Shown: in pieces, positions 31,013 through 39,579 of the stretch | How positions within the stretch are numbered: the stretch's first letter is position 1 | Layout of the letters: every line of letters starts with the position of its first letter | Notes under the pieces: model-generated | What the model was told of the DNA's origin: nothing | Database searches by the model: none | The model's input: only the letters and a program-made list of their open reading frames with translations | DNA from: Nitrospirota bacterium | GTDB lineage: Bacteria; Nitrospirota; Thermodesulfovibrionia; Thermodesulfovibrionales; JdFR-86 | DNA length: 64,000 bases | Assembly (NCBI GenBank): GCA_963721805.1 | Contig: CAVRJY010000002.1 | Span: 192,001-256,000, forward strand | Direction: 5' to 3' | Translations under genes and position numbers: made by a program

Positions 31013-31054
31013 GCGGCAAGGTCTTGAAATAATGGGCAAGGTGTTTAAATAATG
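31009..31054 (+). repeat. 20-bp tandem duplication encoding two coupled mini-ORFs (MSGKVLK, MGKVFK)
   Basis: GGCAAGGTCTTGAAATAATG (31015-31034) and GGCAAGGTGTTTAAATAATG (31035-31054). Confidence 0.75.
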
Positions 31055-31453
31055 GGATACGAGCCGCGCATAATCGGGTTCCTCTGCAACTGGTGCTCAT
31101 ACGCCGGGGCGGACAAGGCAGGCTCGAGCCAGACGCCCTATCCGCCGAACGTAAGCGTCGTGCGCGTGATGTGCTCCGGCCGCGTCGAGCCGCAGTTCGT
31201 GATGAGCGCGTTTAAGGAGGGGGCAGACGGAGTTATAATACTTGCATGTCATCCCGGAGACTGTCATTATAAGGAGGGCAACTACCGTGCGGCCGGGCGC
31301 TTCGAACTCCTGCGCCGCGTGCTCGGGCAGATGGGCATACCGGAGGCCCGCGTGAGGATGGATTACGTCTCGGCCGGCGAGGGCGAGAAGTTCACCCGGC
31401 TGATAACCGGCATGGTCGACGATCTGAGGGCCCTCGGGCCCTGGATTGCATAG
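31052..31453 (+). CDS. mvhD: Hydrogenase [2Fe-2S] delta subunit MvhD/FlpD
   Basis: FLCNWCSYAGAD, MCSGRV and CHPGDCHY motifs. Confidence 0.94.
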   Translation: MGYEPRIIGFLCNWCSYAGADKAGSSQTPYPPNVSVVRVMCSGRVEPQFVMSAFKEGADGVIILACHPGDCHYKEGNYRAAGRFELLRRVLGQMGIPEARVRMDYVSAGEGEKFTRLITGMVDDLRALGPWIA

Positions 31454-31482
31454 ATACAAACTCGAAAGGGGGACTGATTTTT

Positions 31483-31707
31483 ATGGCGGTAAAAACCTTG
31501 GACCTCAAGGGCTTGAAGTGCCCGCAGCCGACGCTGAAGATGACCGTTGCGATAAATGCGATGGCCAAGGGGGACCTCCTCGAGGTCGAGGCCGACTGCC
31601 CGACATTCGAGGCCGATCTCAAGGGCTGGGCGCAGAGGACCAAGAAGGCCATCCTCTGGATAAAGGACGCGCCGGAGGGCGGCAAGCGCTGTCAGATCCA
31701 GATCTAG
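31483..31707 (+). CDS. tusA: TusA/SirA family sulfur carrier
   Basis: LDLKGLKCPQP motif, plus ADCP. Confidence 0.85.
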   Translation: MAVKTLDLKGLKCPQPTLKMTVAINAMAKGDLLEVEADCPTFEADLKGWAQRTKKAILWIKDAPEGGKRCQIQI

Positions 31708-31780
31708 GGGGTGCCACGGGCACCCTTCACTATTCGAGGTGCATATCGCACCTCTCATCCAGGGGACTCCGTCCCCCCCC
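31706..31780 (+). repeat. Structured repeat family 2, copy after tusA (three hairpins)
   Basis: GGGTGCC/GGCACCC, CTATTC, GAGGTGC/GCACCTC, TCA, GGGGAC/GTCCCC. Confidence 0.6.
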
Positions 31781-31811
31781 AGTAATTACAGAAAGTTAAA
31801 TCGCGGCAAAG

Positions 31812-31836
31812 AAAAGGGGCCTATCGGCCCCTTTTT
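31812..31836. terminator. Bidirectional intrinsic terminator
   Basis: AAAAGGGGCC-TATC-GGCCCCTTTTT between convergent genes. Confidence 0.8.
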
Positions 31837-31888
31837 AAGTGAGCGGTGGTTTTTCACCGCGAATATTTGCCGGGGGGCGCCGCCCCCT
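31837..31888 (-). repeat. Structured repeat family 2, copy overlapping the methyltransferase 3' end
   Basis: AAGTGAGCG..GCGAATATTTGCCGGGGGGCGCCGCCCCCT, nearly identical to 60748-60798. Confidence 0.7.
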
Positions 31889-32642
31889 TCCTGCCGAACG
31901 CGAAGAGCCTGCTGAACCCGAACTCGATGCCTCGCACGGTGCGGTTGTCTTCGTAGCGCATCGCCACAGCGTACTTGAAATACTCGGCCTCCCACTCGGT
32001 GAGCCTCGCCAGATATGGGCGCAGTCCGGCCGATTCCCACCAAGCTATCACAGAGCCTGTGTTCGGGAACCAGTAGACGTAATCCCGGCGCGCAACGTCG
32101 AGCGCGCTGAATCCAGCGTCGCTTAAGACCGTGCGGTACTCCTCTGTATCGGGGAAGTACCAAGGGGGCTCGAAGCCCTCGAACCGGCCCTCGTACCCGA
32201 GTTCGCGTATCGCCTCGCCAGTGTATCTGAGGAACGTCGGGCAGAACTCGCTCGCCGGGAACTGCAGCGCTATCCTCCCGCCGGGCCGGAGCGCCATGTG
32301 CATCCGCCTTGCCGCCTCCCGGGGCTGCTTCACCCACTGCAGCGCGGAGTTTGAGTATATGACGTCGAACTCCTGGTCAAAGCCCATCTCCTGCACCGCC
32401 GTCCGCACGAACGAGAGGTTGGGGGCCTCCTTCAGCCCCGCGCGGCCTATCATCTCGGCCGACGGGTCTATACCGATCACTCGGCCGGCCCTGCCCGCGA
32501 TATGAAGCGTGATCTCCCCCGTGCCGCAGCCGATATCGAGCACCTCGTCGGCAGGCCCGATCCCGGCCTCGTCCGCCAGTGTGTAGCCCACGGTCTTTTG
32601 CGGCCCCATCGTGCTTTCGTACAGCCTGGCGTCCCATCTCAT
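31854..32642 (-). CDS. Class I SAM-dependent methyltransferase (trans-aconitate methyltransferase-like)
   Basis: WDARLY, VLDIGCGTG, GIDPSAEMI, FDVIYSNSALQWV and LRPGG motifs; AGGAGG RBS before ATG 32642. Confidence 0.88.
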   Translation of the reverse strand: MRWDARLYESTMGPQKTVGYTLADEAGIGPADEVLDIGCGTGEITLHIAGRAGRVIGIDPSAEMIGRAGLKEAPNLSFVRTAVQEMGFDQEFDVIYSNSALQWVKQPREAARRMHMALRPGGRIALQFPASEFCPTFLRYTGEAIRELGYEGRFEGFEPPWYFPDTEEYRTVLSDAGFSALDVARRDYVYWFPNTGSVIAWWESAGLRPYLARLTEWEAEYFKYAVAMRYEDNRTVRGIEFGFSRLFAFGRKGAAPPGKYSR

Positions 32643-32662
32643 CTCTGCACCTCCTTGGAAAT

Positions 32663-32827
32663 AAAAAAAGCCCCGGTGATTGTCTCTCACCGCGGCCTTT
32701 GCGTGATGTTTATGTGGTTTGCCGTTTAGCTGATAATCTGCCTCACGACGGCCGCGGACGAGCACCCTGCGACTATAAGTCGCGTGCGTTTGGTTGCTGC
32801 GCCATGGACCGTGATAATTCGCATCAT
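32663..32827 (-). promoter_or_regulatory. Putative transcription attenuator leader: 33-aa leader ORF (32827-32726), antiterminator and terminator
   Basis: Terminator GCCGCGGTGA..TCACCGGGGC-T7 just before the RBS; CCGCGGCC in the leader is complementary to the 5' arm; TTGACA (32862) promoter upstream. Confidence 0.6.
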
Positions 32828-33047
32828 CCCTAAAAATACACCTTCCCGGCATGGGCTGTCAATCTGCCTGTATCGGCCTTACTTTTTAGTAACCAGCTGA
32901 TTAATAAGTATTATATATTTTTAGGGTATCTCCTCGGCAAAATTCACAATTTATTCATTAAATTTTCTTATTTGCTTATTCAGCTAATAAATCAACGTGT
33001 TACGTTTTTTTGAGCCGCTTATAGTCAATGAATACCGAAACTATATC

Positions 33048-33076
33048 TTGACTAAGGCTTCAAAATATGTTAAATT
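33048..33076 (+). promoter_or_regulatory. Sigma70 promoter of the thi operon
   Basis: TTGACT - 17 nt - TAAATT with extended TG. Confidence 0.6.
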
Positions 33077-33080
33077 TGAT

Positions 33081-33178
33081 TTTGCCCTGGAGAAGGCCTT
33101 AAGCGGTCTGGGATATCCGGGGGGTAGAGGAAAGACCCTGAGTACCTGAACCGGGAGGGAATCCGGGGGAGGGAAGGG
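33081..33178 (+). ncRNA. TPP riboswitch (variant)
   Basis: P3 AGGCC/GGTCT, CTGGGA (consensus CTGAGA), ACCTGAACCGG..CCGG-GGGAGGGA; directly upstream of thiS. Confidence 0.75.
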
Positions 33179-33225
33179 AACTGGGGCCGTATCCTTGATG
33201 CGAGGGGATGCGGTTTTTTATTGCC

Positions 33226-33423
33226 ATGAAGCTGATTATTAACGGACAGGATATGGATACGCCGGCCCTGACGGTCGGCGGGCTGCTGGCCGAGCTGGGG
33301 TTAACGCGCGAGCGCATCGCGGTCGAGGTCAACCTCGGCATAGTCCCCAAGAAGGACTACGACTCCCGCGCGCTCAGCGACGGCGACCGCGTCGAGGTCG
33401 TGAACTTCGTGGGCGGCGGATAG
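33226..33423 (+). CDS. thiS: Sulfur carrier protein ThiS
   Basis: IAVEVNLGIV and GDRVEVVNFVGGG C-terminus. Confidence 0.95.
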   Translation: MKLIINGQDMDTPALTVGGLLAELGLTRERIAVEVNLGIVPKKDYDSRALSDGDRVEVVNFVGGG

Positions 33424-33460
33424 AGGCAAGAGATAAAGGCTCATACAAAAGAAAAGAGAC

Positions 33461-34234
33461 ATGCAAGATAAACTGGTCATAAAGGGCGTGGAGTTCAGCT
33501 CCCGCCTCTGGGTCGGCACCGGGAAGTTCAAGGACTTCGACGAGACCGTACGCGCTATCGAGGCCTCGGGCTCCGACGTCGTGACGGTATCGGTGCGCCG
33601 CGTCAACATCACGGACCGCAAGAGCGAGAACCTGCTCGATTATATCGACCCCAAGAAATACAAGATACTCCCGAACACCGCCGGGTGCTACACGGTCGAG
33701 GACGCCCTGCGCTACGCGAGGCTCGGCCGCGAGGCCGGGGTCTCGGACATGATAAAGATAGAGGTCATCGGGGACGAGCGCACGCTCTTCCCTGACGTGA
33801 TCGGGCTTCTCAAGGCGACCGAGATACTCGCGAAGGAGGGCTTTTTCGTGCTTCCTTATACCACGGACGACCCGATAATGTGCCAGCGCCTGATGGACGC
33901 CGGTGCGGCCGCGGTTATGCCCCTTGGCGCTCCGATAGGCTCCGGGCTAGGCATCCGCAACCCTTATAACATCAAGATCATACTCGAGACCGTCAAGGCC
34001 CCCGTCATAGTCGACGCCGGGGTCGGCACAGCCTCGGACGCCGCTCTGGCGATGGAGCTCGGGTGCGACGCGGTCCTGATAAATTCTGGAATAGCCGGGG
34101 CCAAAGACCCCGTTATGATGGCTGACGCCATGAAACACGCTGTGATCGCCGGGAGATTCGCTTACAGGGCCGGAAGGATACCGAAGAAGCTTTACGCGAC
34201 GGCCAGCAGTCCATTAGAAGGGATGTTGATATGA
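33461..34234 (+). CDS. thiG: Thiazole synthase
   Basis: [28 protein letters not shown] and VDAGVG motifs. Confidence 0.97.
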   Translation: MQDKLVIKGVEFSSRLWVGTGKFKDFDETVRAIEASGSDVVTVSVRRVNITDRKSENLLDYIDPKKYKILPNTAGCYTVEDALRYARLGREAGVSDMIKIEVIGDERTLFPDVIGLLKATEILAKEGFFVLPYTTDDPIMCQRLMDAGAAAVMPLGAPIGSGLGIRNPYNIKIILETVKAPVIVDAGVGTASDAALAMELGCDAVLINSGIAGAKDPVMMADAMKHAVIAGRFAYRAGRIPKKLYATASSPLEGMLI

Positions 34235-34899
34235 TAGCAACGGGAAACGAGACTTCACCGAAGAGGGCGACCGTGTACGAACCGATAGCCTTGGACTTTA
34301 ACCTTTACCTGATCACCGACCGCACGCGCACCGAGGGCAGGCCTATAATGTCAGTCGTCGAGGACGCGCTCAAAGGCGGGGTGCGCGCGGTGCAGCTGCG
34401 CGAGAAGGACCTCGGCACGCGCCAGCTCCTGCGCCTCGCGTACGAGATGCGCGAGATCACGCTTAAGTACGACGCGCGGCTCTTCATCAACGACCGCGTG
34501 GACATCGCGATAGCGATCGAGGCCGACGGCGTCCACCTGGGCCAAAAGAGCATCCCGCCGTACGCGGCGCGGAGGCTGTCGAGGAACCTCATCATCGGCG
34601 TATCGACGCACAACCTCGCCGAGGCCCTGCGCGCCGAGGCCGACGGCGCGGACTTCATCACCCTGGGGCCGGTCTTTCAGACCAAGAGCAAGTCTAATGC
34701 CGAACCCCTGGGGCTCGGGATCATGCAGGCCGCTAAGTCGCAGCTCAGCATACCGGTCTTCGCCCTGGGCGGGATAAGGCTGGATAACGCCAAGGAGGTC
34801 ATGGACTCCGGAGTGGACGGCGTCGCTATCGTAAGCGGCATCCTCGGCGTCAAGGACGTGCGTTCGACCTCAGGCAAGCTCGTCAGGCTCCTTACATGA
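34231..34899 (+). CDS. thiE: Thiamine-phosphate synthase
   Basis: LYLITDR, VQLREK, INDRVD, GVHLGQ, STH and ALGGI motifs. Confidence 0.93.
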   Translation: MIATGNETSPKRATVYEPIALDFNLYLITDRTRTEGRPIMSVVEDALKGGVRAVQLREKDLGTRQLLRLAYEMREITLKYDARLFINDRVDIAIAIEADGVHLGQKSIPPYAARRLSRNLIIGVSTHNLAEALRAEADGADFITLGPVFQTKSKSNAEPLGLGIMQAAKSQLSIPVFALGGIRLDNAKEVMDSGVDGVAIVSGILGVKDVRSTSGKLVRLLT

Positions 34900-36197
34900 C
34901 CCGCATAGAGGCGGCCAAAAAAGGCATACTGACCGACGAGGTCAGGACGGCCGCCAGCCGCGAGGGCCTCGCCCCGGAGCGCCTCTCAGAGGACATCGCG
35001 CTGGGGCTGAGCGTCATCGCCCGCAACGCCAACCGCTCGATCCCTCCGCTTGGGATCGGACGGGGCATGACCACCAAGATCAACGCCAACATCGGCACCT
35101 CAAGAGACCGCATCTCGTTTGACGAGGAGAAGGAAAAGCTCCGCGTCCTGGTCGAGCTCGGCTGCGACGCGGTGATGGAGCTCTCTACCGGAGGGCCGAT
35201 ACGCGAGTTTAGGCAATACGTGATCGACAACGCCCCGATACCGCTCGGCACCGTGCCGGTCTACGAGGCCGCGATACGCTCGGTCGAGCGCAACGGCAGG
35301 ATGTCGGCGATGACCGCCGAGGACATGATTAACATGGTCGAGGAGCACGGGGCGCAGGGCGTGGATTTCGTCACCGTCCACTCCGGCCTCACGATGAAGG
35401 CCGTAGAGCGCCTCAAGAGCCAGGGCCGCATCATGGACATCGTAAGCCGCGGCGGCTCGTTCCTGCTTGAGTGGATGGTAATGAATGGGAAGGAAAACCC
35501 GTTTTACGAACACTTCGACCGGCTGCTCGATATCGCGGCCCGTTATGATATGACGTTAAGCCTCGGCGACGCCCTGCGGCCCGGATGCATACAGGACGCA
35601 ACGGACCGCGCCCAGATCGAGGAGTTAGTCACGCTTGGCGAGCTTCGCGACCGCGCGCTTGAGAGAAACGTGCAGGTGATCATCGAGGGCCCCGGCCACG
35701 TGCAGCTCAACCAGGTCGAACTCAACATCAAGCTCCAGAAGGCCCTGTGCGGCGGCGCTCCGTTTTATGTCCTTGGACCGCTCGTGACCGACTGCGGCAT
35801 GGGCTATGACCATATCACCGGCGCCATAGGCGGCGCGATAGCCGGCGCGGCAGGTGCGGACTTCCTTTGCTATGTTACGCCCGCCGAGCACATCAAGCTC
35901 CCCGACGTCGAGGCCGTGCGCGACGGCGTCGTGGCTTCGAAGATCGCGGCCCACGCGGCCGATATCGCAAAGGGCATCCCCTCGGCCATGGAGCGCGATA
36001 AAAAGATGGCCCGCGCGCGCAAGGCTTTGGACTGGGAGGGCCAGATCAACCTGAGCTTCAACCCCGAGCGCGTGCGCAGCTGGCGCGCCTCGGTCCCGCT
36101 TCACGACTCGGAGGTATGCAGCATGTGCGGCGAGTTCTGCGCTATGCGCACCGTAGAGCGCGCCCTGGGCAAAGACAAGAAACCCTCGCCCAAATAG
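34896..36197 (+). CDS. thiC: Phosphomethylpyrimidine synthase
   Basis: KINANIGTS, VSRGGS, EGPGH, CYVTPAEH and CSMCGEFC motifs. Confidence 0.97.
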   Translation: MTRIEAAKKGILTDEVRTAASREGLAPERLSEDIALGLSVIARNANRSIPPLGIGRGMTTKINANIGTSRDRISFDEEKEKLRVLVELGCDAVMELSTGGPIREFRQYVIDNAPIPLGTVPVYEAAIRSVERNGRMSAMTAEDMINMVEEHGAQGVDFVTVHSGLTMKAVERLKSQGRIMDIVSRGGSFLLEWMVMNGKENPFYEHFDRLLDIAARYDMTLSLGDALRPGCIQDATDRAQIEELVTLGELRDRALERNVQVIIEGPGHVQLNQVELNIKLQKALCGGAPFYVLGPLVTDCGMGYDHITGAIGGAIAGAAGADFLCYVTPAEHIKLPDVEAVRDGVVASKIAAHAADIAKGIPSAMERDKKMARARKALDWEGQINLSFNPERVRSWRASVPLHDSEVCSMCGEFCAMRTVERALGKDKKPSPK

Positions 36198-36206
36198 CAC
36201 CGTGCC

Positions 36207-36506
36207 ATGTACCGCGCTATTATCATAGCCGCCTCTATCACTATCCTCCTCGCAGCCTGTGGACGCCCCAATGGCGCTGTCCTGTTCAAGACCGTCGGCT
36301 GCACCAAGTGCCATGTACTAAACGGCATCGGCATCGGCAGGATCGACCTTTCGCACGAGGCCGATACGAGGACGCGCGGATGGGTGCGCGATCAGATCAC
36401 CTACCCCAAGAGCCACCGTGAGGATACGGGCATGCCGAGCTTTGCGTTCCTGAGCAGCTCCGAGATCAACGCCCTCGCGGATTATGTGATAAAAGGCGGT
36501 AAGTAA
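36207..36506 (+). CDS. Small monoheme cytochrome c, probable lipoprotein
   Basis: LAAC lipobox, GCTKCH, MPSF and LSSSEINALADYV. Confidence 0.85.
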   Translation: MYRAIIIAASITILLAACGRPNGAVLFKTVGCTKCHVLNGIGIGRIDLSHEADTRTRGWVRDQITYPKSHREDTGMPSFAFLSSSEINALADYVIKGGK

Positions 36507-36582
36507 GGGGCTGAGCCCCCAGTCGGCTATTCGGGGCGCTAATACGCCCCTCACTTATGAGCTGGGTCCCTGCCCCGCTCAT
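36507..36582 (+). repeat. Structured repeat family 2, copy after cytochrome c
   Basis: GGGGC/GCCCC, CTATTC, GGGGCG/CGCCCC, TCACTTAT..CCCTGCCCCGCTCA shared with the reverse complement of 60733-60798. Confidence 0.7.
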
Positions 36583-36587
36583 GAATA

Positions 36588-37793
36588 TTAATACACCGTC
36601 CATTTGCGGCTTTCCTTCCGAAGCAACACGATATGCTTCTCTGTTATCGCGGCCTTGATCAGGCTCCCTATGAACCCCAGAAACGTGAGCTTTCCCTTGC
36701 CAGGCATCGCGAGCCATCCGACGGCTAGGTGCTTGCCCAGGCTTATGACCTCCCCGAGCACCCTCGGCTTGTAAGGCTTCCTCTTGCCGCCTGTGGCGTC
36801 CGCATGGATGTTGAATGCGACTACCCGGCCCTGCTGCAGGGCGAACTGCGCGGCCGCCGCCACGGGCGCACCGGTCGAGGGGTCTACCGCAAGGGCGCTG
36901 TCTCCGATTACGTATACGCCCGGCATGCCCTCGGCCATCAGGTAGCGGTTCACGATCACCCGCCCGAGCGGGCCTGTCTTGAAACCGCTCCCGGTTACGA
37001 GGTCCGGTATGCGGATCCCCCCGGTCCATATTACCGTGCGGGCACGAAGCGTCTTGCCATTTGATAGCTTGACCTCTTCCGCTGTCACAGACTCGATCCG
37101 CGCCCCGGTGATCGCCTGCACTCCCTTCGTCGCGAGCCTCTCCTGTATGCGGTGCGCGAGCCGCTCCTTCATCTGGGGTATCAGGTAGGCCGCGCCCTCG
37201 ACGATTATGACCTCGCTAAGGGAGCGGAGCGCATCGTCATGGCCGAGGCATACGTCGAGGTGCTCGACGAGCTCGGCCGCGAACTCCACGCCCGAGAGCC
37301 CCCCGCCCCCGATCACGAACCGCAGCATCTCGCGCCGCCTCTCAGGGTCAGGCTCCGAGCGCGCATCGCGGCAGAGGCCGGTGATGTGGGCGTGTATGTC
37401 CTGCGCGTCATCGAGGCTCTGAAGCGGGAACCCGTAGCGTTCTAATCCCGGTATGCCGTAGAAGTTCGTCTGGCTCCCGAGCGCGACGACGAGGTACTCA
37501 AAGTTGAGCGGCCCCTCCGTTGTCACGATCCGGCGCGACGCGGGTTCTATTGCGACGAGCTCTGTGCAGAGAAACTCGATACCGAGCCCGCTTATCAGGC
37601 GCTTTATGGGGATGCTCACCCGCTCCTCGCGCACCGCGGCCTCGTGCAGCTGGGTCTTGAGCGTGTGGAAGTGGTTTCGGTCGATCAGGTGGACACGGAA
37701 CTCCGGCCTCTTTCGGAACAGCCGTGCGAGCCTGAGCGCGGCCGTTATCCCGCCGTACCCCGCCCCTGCCACGACGATGTTCCCGCCCTGCAT
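36588..37793 (-). CDS. ndh: Type II NADH dehydrogenase / FAD-dependent pyridine nucleotide oxidoreductase
   Basis: GAGYGG, VVALGS, GGGLSGVEFAAEL, IWTGG, VIGD and AQFALQQG motifs. Confidence 0.85.
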   Translation of the reverse strand: MQGGNIVVAGAGYGGITAALRLARLFRKRPEFRVHLIDRNHFHTLKTQLHEAAVREERVSIPIKRLISGLGIEFLCTELVAIEPASRRIVTTEGPLNFEYLVVALGSQTNFYGIPGLERYGFPLQSLDDAQDIHAHITGLCRDARSEPDPERRREMLRFVIGGGGLSGVEFAAELVEHLDVCLGHDDALRSLSEVIIVEGAAYLIPQMKERLAHRIQERLATKGVQAITGARIESVTAEEVKLSNGKTLRARTVIWTGGIRIPDLVTGSGFKTGPLGRVIVNRYLMAEGMPGVYVIGDSALAVDPSTGAPVAAAAQFALQQGRVVAFNIHADATGGKRKPYKPRVLGEVISLGKHLAVGWLAMPGKGKLTFLGFIGSLIKAAITEKHIVLLRKESRKWTVY

Positions 37794-37891
37794 CGCGACC
37801 ACCCCCCTTACAAAGATTCTAGCATGCAACAAAGGCGGCGCGGTTTTTATTATAATAGGTTCTAATACGGCATGGGACAGGTAATAACGCA

Positions 37892-39064
37892 ATGAGGCTT
37901 AGGTTCATGACAGCTGGGGAATCGCACGGGCCGGCCCTCACCGGGATAATCGAGGGCATACCCTCGGGGCTTGAGCTCGCCTCTGAGTACATCAACCAGC
38001 GCCTGCGCGAGCGCCAGCGCGGATACGGCCGCGGCGGCCGCATGAAGATAGAGTCCGATGCGGCGGACGTCACCTCCGGCATACGCTGGGGCCGGACCCT
38101 CGGCGGGCCGATCACGCTCGTCGTGGAAAACCGCGACTGGCCGAACTGGCGCGAGGGCATGAGCCCGGACGCGGCCCACGCGGGCTCGATAAAGCCGGTC
38201 ACCGCGCCGCGCCCCGGCCACGCGGATCTTTCCGGCGCGCTTAAATACAACCACCACGACGTCCGGAACATACTCGAGCGCTCAAGCGCGCGCGAGACAA
38301 CGATGCGCGTCGCCCTCGGCGCGGTCGCGCAGCGGTTCCTCGAGGAGTTCGGTATCACGACCGGATGCTTCGTCACCCGCATAGGTGACGTCACGTCAGA
38401 CCACTTCCGCGACGCTTCAGCGCTCGGGCTGCGGTCGATGAAGGAGCGTGCGAACGCCTCCGAGGTCCGCTGCCCCGACGAGCAGGCCTCGGCCGGGATG
38501 ATCGAGGCGATAGACCGGGCCTCGGCCGACGGCGATTCGCTAGGCGGAGAGTTCGAGGTATTCGTGCTGGGCGCTCCGATAGGGCTTGGCAGCCACGTGC
38601 AATGGGACCGCAAGCTCGACGGCCGCCTCGCGCAGGCGGTCATGTCCGTGCAGGCCATAAAGGCCGTCGAGATCGGCATGGGGTTTGAGGCTGCAAGCCT
38701 ACCTGGCTCCTCCGTGATGGACGTAATCGAGGGCGACGCTCCGCCCTGGACTCGTGCCTCAAACAACGCCGGTGGGATCGAGGGCGGCATGACCAACGGT
38801 ATGCCGATCGTGGTGCGCGCGGCGATGAAGCCGATCCCCACGCAGCGCAGAGCAATGATGACCGTGGATATACTCTCTCGCCATCCGGTCGAGGCCGCGT
38901 ACGAGCGCTCGGACGTATGCGCCGTGCCGGCCGCGGCTATCATCGCCGAGGCGATGGTCAGCCTCACCGTGGCCGACGCGATGCTTGAGAAGTTCGGCGG
39001 CGACAGCATGCAGGAGTGCTCGCGCAACTTCGAGTCCTACATCGAGGCGCTCCGGAATTTTTGA
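37892..39064 (+). CDS. aroC: Chorismate synthase
   Basis: TAGESHG, RPGHAD, ERSSARET and AMKPIPT motifs. Confidence 0.97.
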   Translation: MRLRFMTAGESHGPALTGIIEGIPSGLELASEYINQRLRERQRGYGRGGRMKIESDAADVTSGIRWGRTLGGPITLVVENRDWPNWREGMSPDAAHAGSIKPVTAPRPGHADLSGALKYNHHDVRNILERSSARETTMRVALGAVAQRFLEEFGITTGCFVTRIGDVTSDHFRDASALGLRSMKERANASEVRCPDEQASAGMIEAIDRASADGDSLGGEFEVFVLGAPIGLGSHVQWDRKLDGRLAQAVMSVQAIKAVEIGMGFEAASLPGSSVMDVIEGDAPPWTRASNNAGGIEGGMTNGMPIVVRAAMKPIPTQRRAMMTVDILSRHPVEAAYERSDVCAVPAAAIIAEAMVSLTVADAMLEKFGGDSMQECSRNFESYIEALRNF

Positions 39065-39579
39065 TGAGGAACATTATTCTTACGGGCTTCATGGGCACCG
39101 GGAAGTCCGCTGTGGCCGCTGAACTTAGCCGCCTGACCGGGATGAAGCTCATCGACATAGACCACGAGATCGAGTCAGCCGAGGGCATGAGCATCGCGGA
39201 TATCTTCGAGCAAAAGGGCGAGCCCCGCTTCCGCGATATAGAGTCTGAGGCGATCAGGCGCATAGCGGGCGCGGCGCGCGGCGCGGTGATCTCCACCGGC
39301 GGCGGCGCGGTGATGAGGGACGAGAACCTCGACGTGCTGAGGCAGGGCGAGGGCGTGATCGTATGCTTAATGGCAAGCCCCGAGACCGTCTACCGGCGCA
39401 CCTGCAAGAGCACGCACCGCCCGCTGCTGCAATCGCCCGATCCGAGGGCTAAGATAGAAGGGCTGCTCGAGCTCCGCATGCCAAGATACGAGCTTGCGGA
39501 CGAGATCGTCCATACCGACAATCTCACGCCCCGCGAGGTGGCCGATGAAATTCTCAGGAGGATCAAGTGGACACATTGA
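39064..39579 (+). CDS. aroK: Shikimate kinase
   Basis: GFMGTGKS, GEPRFR, STGGG and RPLL motifs. Confidence 0.95.
   Translation: MRNIILTGFMGTGKSAVAAELSRLTGMKLIDIDHEIESAEGMSIADIFEQKGEPRFRDIESEAIRRIAGAARGAVISTGGGAVMRDENLDVLRQGEGVIVCLMASPETVYRRTCKSTHRPLLQSPDPRAKIEGLLELRMPRYELADEIVHTDNLTPREVADEILRRIKWTH

Noticed and set aside
26132..31453. Selenocysteine recoding in the Mvh/Hdr subunits
   Set aside because: Ligand positions are ordinary Cys codons and there are no in-frame TGA codons.
31706..31780. Hammerhead ribozyme resemblance on the minus strand (CUGGAUGAG-stem-CGAAUA)
   Set aside because: The core deviates from CUGANGA/GAAA and the other family copies lack it; better explained as repeat family 2.
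32745..32770. T-box-like AGGGTG..CCGCGG in the methyltransferase leader
   Set aside because: It lacks the UGGNACC bulge and there is no room for stem I.
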